A DNA stretch of 64,000 bases from Burkholderiales bacterium (GTDB lineage Bacteria > Pseudomonadota > Gammaproteobacteria > Burkholderiales > SG8-41): assembly GCA_038316355.1 (NCBI GenBank), contig JBBQAO010000005.1, forward strand, positions 12,351 to 76,350, in the 5' to 3' direction. Shown here piece after piece: positions 26,681-35,109 of this stretch. Position numbers and translations under genes: made by a program. The notes under the pieces were generated by a model. The model saw nothing but the letters and a program-made list of their open reading frames with translations. It had not been told where the DNA came from and ran no database searches. Within the stretch, counting starts at the first letter, position 1. Each line of letters begins with the position of its first letter.

Positions 26681-27589
26681 TTATTTGAGGCGACGCGGAT
26701 TGGACCAGCGTTTTTTCAGCATCGCCAGAAACTCCTGCGCCGCTGGCGACAGCGTCACGCCGCGGCGGCGGATCACCACCAGCGTGCGCGTGAGTTTCGG
26801 TTCGACCAGCGGCCGGCTGACCAGCCGCGGATTAAGCCGCCCCGCCAGCGCGAGCATCGGCACCACAATCACGCCGATGCCGGCCTCGACCAGACCGAGC
26901 CCGGTCCAGAATGAGTGCTGGACCTCGTAGGTCCAGCGCTGTTGCGGCAACGTGCTCGGCAATCCGAAATCGAGCAACGCACGGTTTCCGCTGAGGCGGC
27001 CAACAGTGATTACCCGGTGTTGTTCGAGGTCGGTCCATTTCACAATGCGTTTTTTGGCCAATGGATGATCCTTGCGGCAGGCGAGCACAAACGGATCATC
27101 GAACAGCGCTTCGGTTTCGATTTCAGGTTCGTCGGCACCGGACAGTGTCAGACCGAACTCGGCCTCACCACGCAGTACCGCCTGCAGCACTTCGTTGGCG
27201 TGCACATCAAGGATGCGGATGCGGTTGTCCGGATGTTTCGCGCTGTAGTCACGGATCACCGGCGGCAGGATATACAGCGCCGCCGTCGGCACACAGCCCA
27301 GCACCACCTGCCCCGAGCCGTGTTTCGCCATGTCGCGCAGGCCGGCAATCGAGGTCTCCAGTTCTTCGATCAGCCGTCGCGCCTGCGGCAGAAAGTCGCG
27401 GCCGACCGCAGTCAGCCGCACCCGGCGCGTGGTGCGGTCGAGCAGGCGAACGCCGAGGTCCGCCTCCAGTTTGCTGATACGCCGCGACAATGCGGACTGC
27501 GACAAAAACAGCGCCCCGGCCGCCTTCTGGAAGGTGCCGAGTTCCGCAATGCGGGCGAAGGCCTGCAGGCCGTGCACATCGAGATTCAT
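26681..27589 (-). CDS. LysR-family transcriptional regulator
   Basis: HTH ..LQAFARIAELGTFQKAAGALFLSQSALSRRISKLEADLGVRLLDRTTRRVRLT. It is divergent from the TcuA-like operon. Confidence 0.9.
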   Translation of the reverse strand: MNLDVHGLQAFARIAELGTFQKAAGALFLSQSALSRRISKLEADLGVRLLDRTTRRVRLTAVGRDFLPQARRLIEELETSIAGLRDMAKHGSGQVVLGCVPTAALYILPPVIRDYSAKHPDNRIRILDVHANEVLQAVLRGEAEFGLTLSGADEPEIETEALFDDPFVLACRKDHPLAKKRIVKWTDLEQHRVITVGRLSGNRALLDFGLPSTLPQQRWTYEVQHSFWTGLGLVEAGIGVIVVPMLALAGRLNPRLVSRPLVEPKLTRTLVVIRRRGVTLSPAAQEFLAMLKKRWSNPRRLK

Positions 27590-27633
27590 GGTGGATCGGT
27601 GGTCTGGAATGTTTGAGGTTGCCCCTCACCCTG

Positions 27634-27662
27634 CCCTCTCCCCGCGACCTGCGGGTAGAGGG
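27634..27662. repeat. REP-like GC-rich palindrome
   Basis: CCCTCTCCCCGC-GACC-TGCGGGTAGAGGG. The CCCGC..GCGGG/AGAGGG core recurs at 32487-32558. Confidence 0.6.
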
Positions 27663-27722
27663 TAAAAAGCGCGGCCGCGAGCGTCGATGCGGCAAGGCTA
27701 ATTAATGCACGATGACGAACAA

Positions 27723-27734
27723 TTGTTGCAACAA
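27723..27734. promoter_or_regulatory. Perfect 12-bp palindrome TTGTTGCAACAA in the LysR/operon divergent region (candidate operator)
   Basis: Read directly from the sequence. The position between the LysR start (27589) and the operon start (27953) fits an operator, but there is no proof. Confidence 0.35.
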
Positions 27735-27778
27735 TCTCATTTTACTCAAGAGTGCACCCCGAGGATAATGTTCGGCCT

Positions 27779-27909
27779 GTTAACTATAGTTTCATGAGTG
27801 CGACGGCGTCCCGTCCCTTCGGGTTGTGGCCAAAATCGGGACTGGCTGCGTTGCCCGCCTTGCCACTGACGATTTTGGCCACAACGCATCTCACGAAACT
27901 ATAGTTAAC
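27779..27909. mobile_element. 131-bp MITE-like palindromic element
   Basis: Terminal inverted repeats GTTAACTATAGTTTC(A/G)TGAG..GCGTTGTGGCCAAAATCG on both arms. The left arm carries an extra ~20 nt. There is no coding capacity, and TA dinucleotides sit at both ends. Confidence 0.7.
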
Positions 27910-27952
27910 AGACCCTGACTCCCCCGGACCAGTTATTGAAAGGTAATACGCG

Positions 27953-29452
27953 ATGTCGGCCAGCTCTGAGTTTTCTGAATTCGATGTAATCGTTGTCGGC
28001 AAAGGCAATGCCGCGCTGTGCGCAGCCCTGTCCGCCCATGATCAGGGTGCGCGCGTTGTTGTGCTCGAAGCCGCCCATGAAGATGAAGGCGGCGGCAACA
28101 GCCGTTTCGCCGGCGGGGTGATGCGCTTCGCCTACGAAACCGTGGAAGACCTGACCCGCATCACCGACATCACGCCGGAAGAAATCGCCAACACCGATTT
28201 CGGCACCAACACCCGCGAGGAATTCCTCGACAAGATCCACCAGCTGACCAGCTATCGCACCGACCCCGACCTGTCGGAATACCTGGTCAACGAAAGCCTG
28301 AACACCATGGTCTGGCTGCGCGAAAAAGGCGTGCGCTTCGTGCCGAACTGGGGACGCCAGTCGGCCGTGGTCGACGGCAAACGCCGCTTTTTCGGCAACA
28401 TGCCGATCGAAGCGCATGGCGGTGGTGCCGGCCTGGTGCAGTATCTCGACAAGGCGGTGAAAAAAGCCGGTATTCCGGTACTGTACGAAACCCGCGCCCT
28501 CAAACTGTTGTATGACGGCGCCACGGTCAGCGGTGTGCAGGTACGGCAGAAGGGCAAGGCCTTCGAGATGAAAGCAAAGTCGGTGGTGCTGGCCTGCGGC
28601 GGCTTCGAGGCCAATCCGGAAATGCGCGCGCGTTACCTCGGCCCGGGCTGGGAACTGGCGAAGGTGCGCGGCTCGCGCTTCAACGTCGGTGACGGCCTGA
28701 AAATGGCACTGGACATCGGCGCCGCCCCGTACGGCAACTGGTCCGGCTGCCATGCCACCGGCTGGGACCGTTACGCACCTGAATTCGGCGATATCAGCGT
28801 CGGCGACCAGTTCCAGAAACACAGCTATATCTTCGGCCTGATGATCAATGCCGAAGGCAAACGTTTTGTCGATGAAGGCCAGGATTTCCACTCCTTCACC
28901 TATGCCAAATACGGCGGTGAAGTGCTGAAACAACCGGGTCAGTTCGCTTGGCAGGTGTTTGATGCCAAGGTCAGCAAACTGCTGCGCTCCGAATACCGCA
29001 TCAAGTTCATGACCAAGGTCAGCGCCAACACGCTGGAGGAACTCGCGACCAAGCTGGAAGGCGTCAGTCCTGAAGGTTTCCTGAAAACTGCGCACGACTA
29101 CAACAACGCGGTGATGAGGGATGTGCCCTTCAATCACGTGATCAAGGACGGCAAGGGTACGCAAGGCATCGAACCGCCGAAGTCAAACTGGGCGCAGGTG
29201 CTGGACACCCCGCCCTACGATGCCTACGCCACCACCTGCGGCATCACCTTCACTTTCGGCGGCCTGCGCGTGATCAAGGACAGCGGCCAGGTACTCGATA
29301 CCAATCATCTGCCGATCCCCGGGCTGTATTGCGCCGGCGAAATGGTCGGCGGCTTGTTTTATTTCAATTACCCCAGCGGCACCGGGCTGGTTTCGGGTGC
29401 GGTGTTCGGTAAACTGGCCGGCACCGCTGCTGGTCAGGCCGCAAAGCAGTAA
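27953..29452 (+). CDS. FAD-dependent dehydrogenase, TcuA-like (fumarate-reductase/succinate-dehydrogenase flavoprotein superfamily)
   Basis: DVIVVGKGNAALCAALSAHDQGARVVVLEAA..GGNSRF, ..IEPPKSNWA.., ..GITFTFGGLRV.. and ..GLYCAGEMVGG.. parallel the tricarballylate dehydrogenase TcuA sequence as I recall it. Confidence 0.8.
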   Translation: MSASSEFSEFDVIVVGKGNAALCAALSAHDQGARVVVLEAAHEDEGGGNSRFAGGVMRFAYETVEDLTRITDITPEEIANTDFGTNTREEFLDKIHQLTSYRTDPDLSEYLVNESLNTMVWLREKGVRFVPNWGRQSAVVDGKRRFFGNMPIEAHGGGAGLVQYLDKAVKKAGIPVLYETRALKLLYDGATVSGVQVRQKGKAFEMKAKSVVLACGGFEANPEMRARYLGPGWELAKVRGSRFNVGDGLKMALDIGAAPYGNWSGCHATGWDRYAPEFGDISVGDQFQKHSYIFGLMINAEGKRFVDEGQDFHSFTYAKYGGEVLKQPGQFAWQVFDAKVSKLLRSEYRIKFMTKVSANTLEELATKLEGVSPEGFLKTAHDYNNAVMRDVPFNHVIKDGKGTQGIEPPKSNWAQVLDTPPYDAYATTCGITFTFGGLRVIKDSGQVLDTNHLPIPGLYCAGEMVGGLFYFNYPSGTGLVSGAVFGKLAGTAAGQAAKQ

Positions 29453-29458
29453 ACCGGC

Positions 29459-30895
29459 ATGTCATCCGACAAACCGCCGCTGCTCGCCGAAGCCACGCGT
29501 GACCTCGCGCGTTTCGGCGCAGCACTGCGTTACGACGACATCCCCGCGGATGTCATCGCCCGCATCAAGCTGAGCCTGCTCGACAGTCTCGGCTGCTGCC
29601 TGTTCGGCGCTACGTTGCCGTGGACGCAAAAGGTCGCAGCACTTGCCGACCTGGAAGGCGCAAAACCGGTGGCCACGCTGCTCGGCCTCGGCCGCAAAAC
29701 CTCGGCATCGCTGGCAGCACTGGTCAACGGCACCTCGGGCCATGCCTTCGAACTGGATGACATTCACAAGGAATCGATCATCCACGCCGGCTCGATCGCC
29801 ACGCCTGTGGCCCTGGGTCTGGCCGAATTGAATGCACAAAAATACGGAAAAGTTTCGGGGCGCGATGTACTGACCGCCATGGTCGCCGGTTATGAAATCG
29901 GTCACCGTGTCGGAAATGCCGCGACCATGAGTTTGTTTTTCCGCGGCTTCCATCCTCAGGGTACTTCCGGCGCGTTTGTCGCCGCCGCCACTGCAGCACG
30001 CCTGCTGAACCTAGATGCCACGCAATTCCAGCACGCGCTGGGCATGGCCGGCTCACAGGCCGGCGGCCTGATGGCGGCGCAGGAAGGCGCGATGGTCAAA
30101 CGTTTTCACAGCGGCCGCGCTGCGCAAAGTGGTGTGTATGCAGCGCAACTGGCCAGTCAAGGCTTCACCGGTATTCTTGATGCACTGGAAGCGCCGTATG
30201 GCGGCTACCTGTCGACCTACTCCGACAAACCGAATCCGTCGCGACTGACCGATGGACTCGGCAATGAGGGCCTCGGCAAAACCTGGGAAACACTGAACGT
30301 CGGCTACAAACCGCATGCCAGCGTGACCAGCATCCACAGTGCGCTCGACGCGCTGTCGGAACTGATGAAAGAACATGGCGTCAAGGCCGCCGACATCGCG
30401 AAAGTGGATACCGGGCTGTCGCCAATGACGCATGTGCATTGCGCCTGGGAGTACAAGGCACAGGGCGTCACCGCGGCGCAGATGAATCTGTATTACGGCA
30501 TGGCGGTGATCGCGCTCGACGGCGCGGCCTTCACCGAACAGTTCCGCGAAACGCGGCTTGCCGATCCGCAGATTCTCGATTTCATTTCGCGCATCACTGC
30601 GCATGTCGATCCCGAGATCGAAAAAATGGGCGCGCCGTTCCGCCACGCCTCCCGGGTTAAAATCACCGCGCGCAACGGCCAGGTGTTTGAAAAACTGTCG
30701 CTGCATCGTCACGGCAGTCCGGAAAATCCGCTGTCCCCGGAAGAAGTGGTGCACAAGTTCCGCAACGTTGTCGCACCGTGCATGGATAAATCCGCAGCTG
30801 AAGCCATCATCGCCGCGGTAAACGGTTTTGAAACGCTGACCGACATCAGCAGCGTGATGCCGTTGCTGGGCGCTGCGGTACGCACACCGAAGTGA
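29459..30895 (+). CDS. MmgE/PrpD-family protein (paralog 1)
   Basis: ..LARFGAALRYDDIPADVIARIKLSLLDSLGCCLFG.. N-terminus and a ..GFHPQG.. core, typical of 2-methylcitrate-dehydratase-like proteins. Confidence 0.85.
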   Translation: MSSDKPPLLAEATRDLARFGAALRYDDIPADVIARIKLSLLDSLGCCLFGATLPWTQKVAALADLEGAKPVATLLGLGRKTSASLAALVNGTSGHAFELDDIHKESIIHAGSIATPVALGLAELNAQKYGKVSGRDVLTAMVAGYEIGHRVGNAATMSLFFRGFHPQGTSGAFVAAATAARLLNLDATQFQHALGMAGSQAGGLMAAQEGAMVKRFHSGRAAQSGVYAAQLASQGFTGILDALEAPYGGYLSTYSDKPNPSRLTDGLGNEGLGKTWETLNVGYKPHASVTSIHSALDALSELMKEHGVKAADIAKVDTGLSPMTHVHCAWEYKAQGVTAAQMNLYYGMAVIALDGAAFTEQFRETRLADPQILDFISRITAHVDPEIEKMGAPFRHASRVKITARNGQVFEKLSLHRHGSPENPLSPEEVVHKFRNVVAPCMDKSAAEAIIAAVNGFETLTDISSVMPLLGAAVRTPK

Positions 30896-30908
30896 CCTGG
30901 GAATAGAT

Positions 30909-30932
30909 ATAAGTAATTGTTTTTATTGATAA
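30909..30932 (+). repeat. AT-rich intergenic motif ATAAGTAATTGTTTTTATTGATAA
   Basis: A 23-nt exact inverted copy lies at 49536-49558, with related copies at 63313-63330 and 54730-54740. It begins 13 nt after the prpD-1 stop. Confidence 0.75.
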
Positions 30933-30953
30933 TTATTAATTCTTGCTGACTTA

Positions 30954-31036
30954 CCCCGTTCGCCCTGAGCTCTTCGTTGAGCTCAGGACAGGCCTTATCG
31001 AAGGGGAACGGGCTTCGACGAGCTCAGCCCGAACGG
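30954..31036. repeat. REP/MITE-like 83-bp inverted-repeat element
   Basis: The arms CCCCGTTCGCCCTGAGCTCTTCG and CGACGAGCTCAGCCCGAACGG are near-complementary. The inner part is GAGCTCAGGACAGGCCTTATCGAAGGGGAACGGGCTT. Confidence 0.65.
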
Positions 31037-31078
31037 TTTCATTTTAATTTTCATGCACCAGTACAGGAATTCATCACC

Positions 31079-32476
31079 ATGGCCAAACAATCCACCAGCG
31101 ACAATCCCTACACCCGCGGCATGGCCGCCTTCGTTTCCGGACTGACCTACGAGCAGATTCCGGAAGAAGTCCGCCATCGCAACAAGCTGCTGATGCTGGA
31201 TTCGCTGGGTTGCGCGTTGTATGGCGCGGACCTGCAGTGGAGCCGCATCCTGCAGGACACACTGGAGCGCGTCGATACCACCCGCCAGTGCAGCGTGTGG
31301 GGCACCACCAAGAAACTTTCAGCGCCGCACGCCGCACTGGTCAATGGCACGCAGGTGCAGGGCTTCGAACTCGACGACGTGCACCGCGCCGGTGTGCTGC
31401 ATGTCGGCGCCGTGGTGCTGCCGGCACTGATCGCCGTCACCGAAATGAAACCGGGCATGAGCGGCAAGGAGTTTCTGACCTCCGCCGTGGCCGGTTATGA
31501 AATCGGACCGCGCGTCGGTCTGTGCATGGGCCCCTCACACATCGCCTCGGGCTGGCATTCGGGTGCGACGCTGGGCGTGTTCTCCGCCGCAGCCGGTGCC
31601 GCACGCGGCCTCAAACTCGACACCGACAAAACCGTGCACGCACTGGGCATCGCCGGCACACAAGCCGGCGGCCTGATGGCGGCGCAGTTCGGCGCGATGG
31701 TCAAACGCATGCACGCCGGCCGTTCGTCGCAATCGGGACTCTACGGCGCGCTGTTCGCCGAAGCCGGCTTCACCGGCATCCTCAACGTGCTGGAAAGCGA
31801 ATACGGCGGTTTCTGCTCGACGATGACGCAGTCGACCGACAAGTTTGACCTGAAAGAACTCACCGCCGGTTTCGGTGAAGTGTGGCAGACCATGGGCATT
31901 GCGCTGAAGTTCTACGCCTGCGTCGGCACCAACCACACCACGCTCGACGCGTTGCGCGACATGGACAAGGAGCGCCCGTTCAAAGCTGACGACGTCAAGA
32001 AAGTCGTTGTCCACGGATCTGAAGTCACGGTGCACCACGTCGGTTGGCCGTACGAGCCGCAGGGCCTGACCTCGGCGCAATTGAACATGCCGTACTGCAT
32101 CGCCACCTGGCTGCTGGAGAAGGACTGCTTCGTTGACCAGTTCACCGAAGCCATGGTCGCCGATCCGCAGCGCATCGCGCTGTCGAAAAAAGTCGAAGTC
32201 CTGCACGACCCGGCGATCACCGCGCTCGGCGCCAAGCTGCGGCACAAGGTGCACGTGGAGTTACATCTCCACGACGGCACGGTGATGAAGCGCACCGTCG
32301 AAGCCGCGCGCGGCAGCGAAAAACATTTCGCGACCGATGCCGAGATCATCGAGAAATTCGAGAAACTCGCGGTCAAGGCCTTGCCCAAGGCGCGCGTTGC
32401 CGAACTGCGCGACGCGGTGATGGGCATCGAAAAACTGCCCGATGCCACCGTGCTGTCGAAACTGCTGAGCGCGTAA
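31079..32476 (+). CDS. MmgE/PrpD-family protein (paralog 2)
   Basis: MAKQSTSDNPYTRGMAAFVSGLTYEQIPEEVRHRNKLLMLDSLGCALYG... Start at ATG 31079, because the upstream ORF sequence runs through the REP-like element. Confidence 0.85.
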   Translation: MAKQSTSDNPYTRGMAAFVSGLTYEQIPEEVRHRNKLLMLDSLGCALYGADLQWSRILQDTLERVDTTRQCSVWGTTKKLSAPHAALVNGTQVQGFELDDVHRAGVLHVGAVVLPALIAVTEMKPGMSGKEFLTSAVAGYEIGPRVGLCMGPSHIASGWHSGATLGVFSAAAGAARGLKLDTDKTVHALGIAGTQAGGLMAAQFGAMVKRMHAGRSSQSGLYGALFAEAGFTGILNVLESEYGGFCSTMTQSTDKFDLKELTAGFGEVWQTMGIALKFYACVGTNHTTLDALRDMDKERPFKADDVKKVVVHGSEVTVHHVGWPYEPQGLTSAQLNMPYCIATWLLEKDCFVDQFTEAMVADPQRIALSKKVEVLHDPAITALGAKLRHKVHVELHLHDGTVMKRTVEAARGSEKHFATDAEIIEKFEKLAVKALPKARVAELRDAVMGIEKLPDATVLSKLLSA

Positions 32477-32486
32477 CCCACTCCCA

Positions 32487-32558
32487 CTCCCTCTACTTCG
32501 TTTCAAGTGTTCCCTTGCCCCCGCTGGCGGGATCGGTGCCGCTTGACGGGAGAGGGAG
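32487..32558. repeat. REP-like GC-rich inverted repeat
   Basis: CTCCCTCT ... CCCCGCTGGCGGG ... AGAGGGAG, between prpD paralogs 2 and 3. Confidence 0.55.
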
Positions 32559-32579
32559 TAATTTCTCAAGGACTTTCGC

Positions 32580-33950
32580 ATGACGAGTTCCGCTTCTCCA
32601 AAAACGGCAGCCCGCACGCTGGCCGAATTCGCCACCGCACTGCGCTACGGGGACATCCCTGTCCCCGCACGCGAACGCGCTCGCCAATGCATCATCGACA
32701 CCACTGGCGCGGCGCTGTTCGGTTCGCGCCTGCCGTGGAGCCGCATCGTCGCCGGTCATGCGCAGAACTGCGGCGGCACGGGCATGAGCCGTGTCATCGG
32801 CACCGCGCTTAAAGTATCGCCGCCGGCAGCCGCCCTGGCCAACGGCGTCTGCAGCCACGCTTTTGAACTCGACGGCCTGCGGAAACCCAGCGCCGGCGTG
32901 CATCCCGGCGCGATCCTGCTGCCGGCGGCACTGGCCGCCGCCGAACATCAGGGGGCCGGCGGTCGCGACCTGCTGACCGCCTTTGTCGCTGGTGCCGAAG
33001 TGATGTTCCGCATCGGCCTCGCCGCCAAACAATCGACGGAATCGCTGGGCTTTCATGCGCCGGGCGTCAACGGCCCTTATGGTTCAGCCATCGTCGCCGG
33101 CAGACTGCTGGGTCTCAATTCCGATCAGCTCACCCAGGCCCTGGGCATTGCCGGTTCGCTGGGTGGCGGCTTGCTCGCCTTCGCCAAGGCCGGCAACGGC
33201 GCGATGGTGAAACGCCTGCACATGGGACGCGCAGCGGAAGCCGGTATGGTTGCCGCACTGCTCGCCCGCGACGGTTACGAAGGCCCGGACAGCGTGCTCG
33301 AAGGCCAATACGGCTACCTCGAAGCCTATGCCCGCGACGGAGATGCCACGCAGTTCACCAAGGATCTCGGCACGCATTTCGACATCGTTTTTGCCTGCCT
33401 GAAACGATATGCCTGCCACATCACTGCGCACACGCCTGTGCAGTCGCTGCAGGAACTGCGCGCCGAGCACAATTTCAACGGCGACGATGTGGTTGCGCTG
33501 ACCATTTTTGCACGACACAAGGTGCTGTCCCACCATGACATCCGCGAACCCAGCGACGTGGCCGGCGCGCAGTACAGCGTGCCGTTCTGCTCGGCCATTG
33601 CTCTTTATTACGACGTCAACGATCCGCTGGCGTTTTCCGAAACCGCATTAAATGATGCGAAAGTACGGGCACTGGCGCTGAAACTCAAAGTCGTGGAAAT
33701 GGGTCACGACGAAAAAGGCGGTGCCTGGTCGACGCGCGTCGCTGTGGAACTCAGGGACGGCCGCAAGTTCGAACGTTTCGCCGAAGAATTCAAGGGCACA
33801 CCGGCCTCGCCGCTGTCGGCGGAGGAACTGCAGACCAAGTTCATGCGCATGGCCGGCAGCCATCCGCGGGCGGCGGAACTGCATGCACAACTGGCCGAGC
33901 TGGAAACCATTGCCGACTGCCGCACGCTGGCAATCAGCACCACACCATAA
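32580..33950 (+). CDS. MmgE/PrpD-family protein (paralog 3)
   Basis: ..LAEFATALRYGDIPVPARERARQCIIDTTGAALFG.., ..GFHAPG... Confidence 0.85.
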   Translation: MTSSASPKTAARTLAEFATALRYGDIPVPARERARQCIIDTTGAALFGSRLPWSRIVAGHAQNCGGTGMSRVIGTALKVSPPAAALANGVCSHAFELDGLRKPSAGVHPGAILLPAALAAAEHQGAGGRDLLTAFVAGAEVMFRIGLAAKQSTESLGFHAPGVNGPYGSAIVAGRLLGLNSDQLTQALGIAGSLGGGLLAFAKAGNGAMVKRLHMGRAAEAGMVAALLARDGYEGPDSVLEGQYGYLEAYARDGDATQFTKDLGTHFDIVFACLKRYACHITAHTPVQSLQELRAEHNFNGDDVVALTIFARHKVLSHHDIREPSDVAGAQYSVPFCSAIALYYDVNDPLAFSETALNDAKVRALALKLKVVEMGHDEKGGAWSTRVAVELRDGRKFERFAEEFKGTPASPLSAEELQTKFMRMAGSHPRAAELHAQLAELETIADCRTLAISTTP

Positions 33951-33970
33951 TTTGTAATCAGGGGGCTCTC

Positions 33971-34918
33971 ATGACCCGATTGCTGATCGCCGCATTCTGC
34001 GCAACAGCACTGTCCGCGCAAGCCGCATATCCGGAAAAGCCGGTGCGGCTGATCGTGCCGCTGTCGGCCGGCGGCGGCATGGATACCATCGCCCGTGCCG
34101 TGGCATCACCACTCGCGGAAAAACTCGCCCAGACGGTGGTGGTCGACAATCGCGCCGGCGGCGGCGGCGCGATCGGCGCCGAAATCACCAAGGAAGCGCC
34201 GAAAGACGGCCACACCCTGCTGATGGCCAGCGCGACCTTTGTCATTCACCCCCTGCTCTACCCGGCGCGTTATGTACCGACGCGCGATTATGCGACCATC
34301 ACCCAGGTCACGCGCCAGCCTTATGTGCTGATGGTCCACCCCGGCATTCCCGCCAAAAACGTCAAGGAACTGGTGGCTTATACCAAGGCGAATCCGAACA
34401 AGGTCAATTACGCATCAGCCGGCCAGGGCAGTCTGATTCACCTGACCACGGAGCTGTTCAAGGTGCGCACCGGGGCCGACATGAACCACATCCCGTACAA
34501 GGGCATGGGTGGCGCATACGTCGACATGCTGGCCGGCCGCATCCAGGCCGCGTTCCCGAGCATCATCTCGGTGCTGCCGCATCTGAAGACCGGCAAGTTG
34601 CGCGCGCTGGCCGTCACCAGCGCCAAACGCGCGAGTTCCCTGCCCGAGATTCCCAGCCTGCAGGAAAGCGGCATTCCGGGCATAGACGTTTCGCAGTGGT
34701 ATGGCTTGTTCGCGCCTGCCGGCACGCCGAAGCCGGTGATCGACCGTATCCATCGCGAGGTGGTGGACATCCTGAAGACCGCGGAAATGCACAAACGCAT
34801 GGCCGGCGACGGCGCCGACGGTGTCGGCAGCACACCGGCCGAATTCGCCGCCTACGTCAAAGTCGAATCGGCGCGTTGGGCGGAAGTCATCCAGAAATCC
34901 AACATCAAGGCGGACTGA
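33971..34918 (+). CDS. Bug-family (TctC-like) substrate-binding protein
   Basis: Signal peptide followed by AAYPEKPVRLIVPLSAGGGMDTIAR and IPYKGMGGA. Confidence 0.9.
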   Translation: MTRLLIAAFCATALSAQAAYPEKPVRLIVPLSAGGGMDTIARAVASPLAEKLAQTVVVDNRAGGGGAIGAEITKEAPKDGHTLLMASATFVIHPLLYPARYVPTRDYATITQVTRQPYVLMVHPGIPAKNVKELVAYTKANPNKVNYASAGQGSLIHLTTELFKVRTGADMNHIPYKGMGGAYVDMLAGRIQAAFPSIISVLPHLKTGKLRALAVTSAKRASSLPEIPSLQESGIPGIDVSQWYGLFAPAGTPKPVIDRIHREVVDILKTAEMHKRMAGDGADGVGSTPAEFAAYVKVESARWAEVIQKSNIKAD

Positions 34919-35086
34919 GTTTCTCGCGCTGCGTGGCGCGACGCATGCGTGACACGGCACACGTGTTGTTGCTGCCGTCGCCCGCGACACGCCGGCTGCG
35001 GTTACAATCCCGGCGGCCCGCACGCAACACCGCGGCCCGCCGCGTTATCCGTGTCACGGCACGATAGCACAAAATTAAAATAATCT

Positions 35087-35105
35087 AATAAAATCAATAG
35101 GTTAT
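35087..35105 (+). promoter_or_regulatory. 19-nt AT-rich leader motif AATAAAATCAATAGGTTAT, 4 nt upstream of ATG
   Basis: 18/19 identical to 5031-5049, with identical spacing to the start codon. No SD is visible. Confidence 0.5.
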
Positions 35106-35109
35106 ATAA

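Noticed and set aside
27905-29164. Very long ORFs antisense to well-supported genes: the 419-aa ORF here, plus 35461-36756, 37054-38055, 55937-57058, 59971-61008, 2593-3729 and 3731-4663.
   Set aside because: These are typical high-GC antisense artefacts. Their translations are Arg/Gly/Ala/His-rich with no recognisable motifs, and each is fully covered by a gene with clear family signatures on the other strand.
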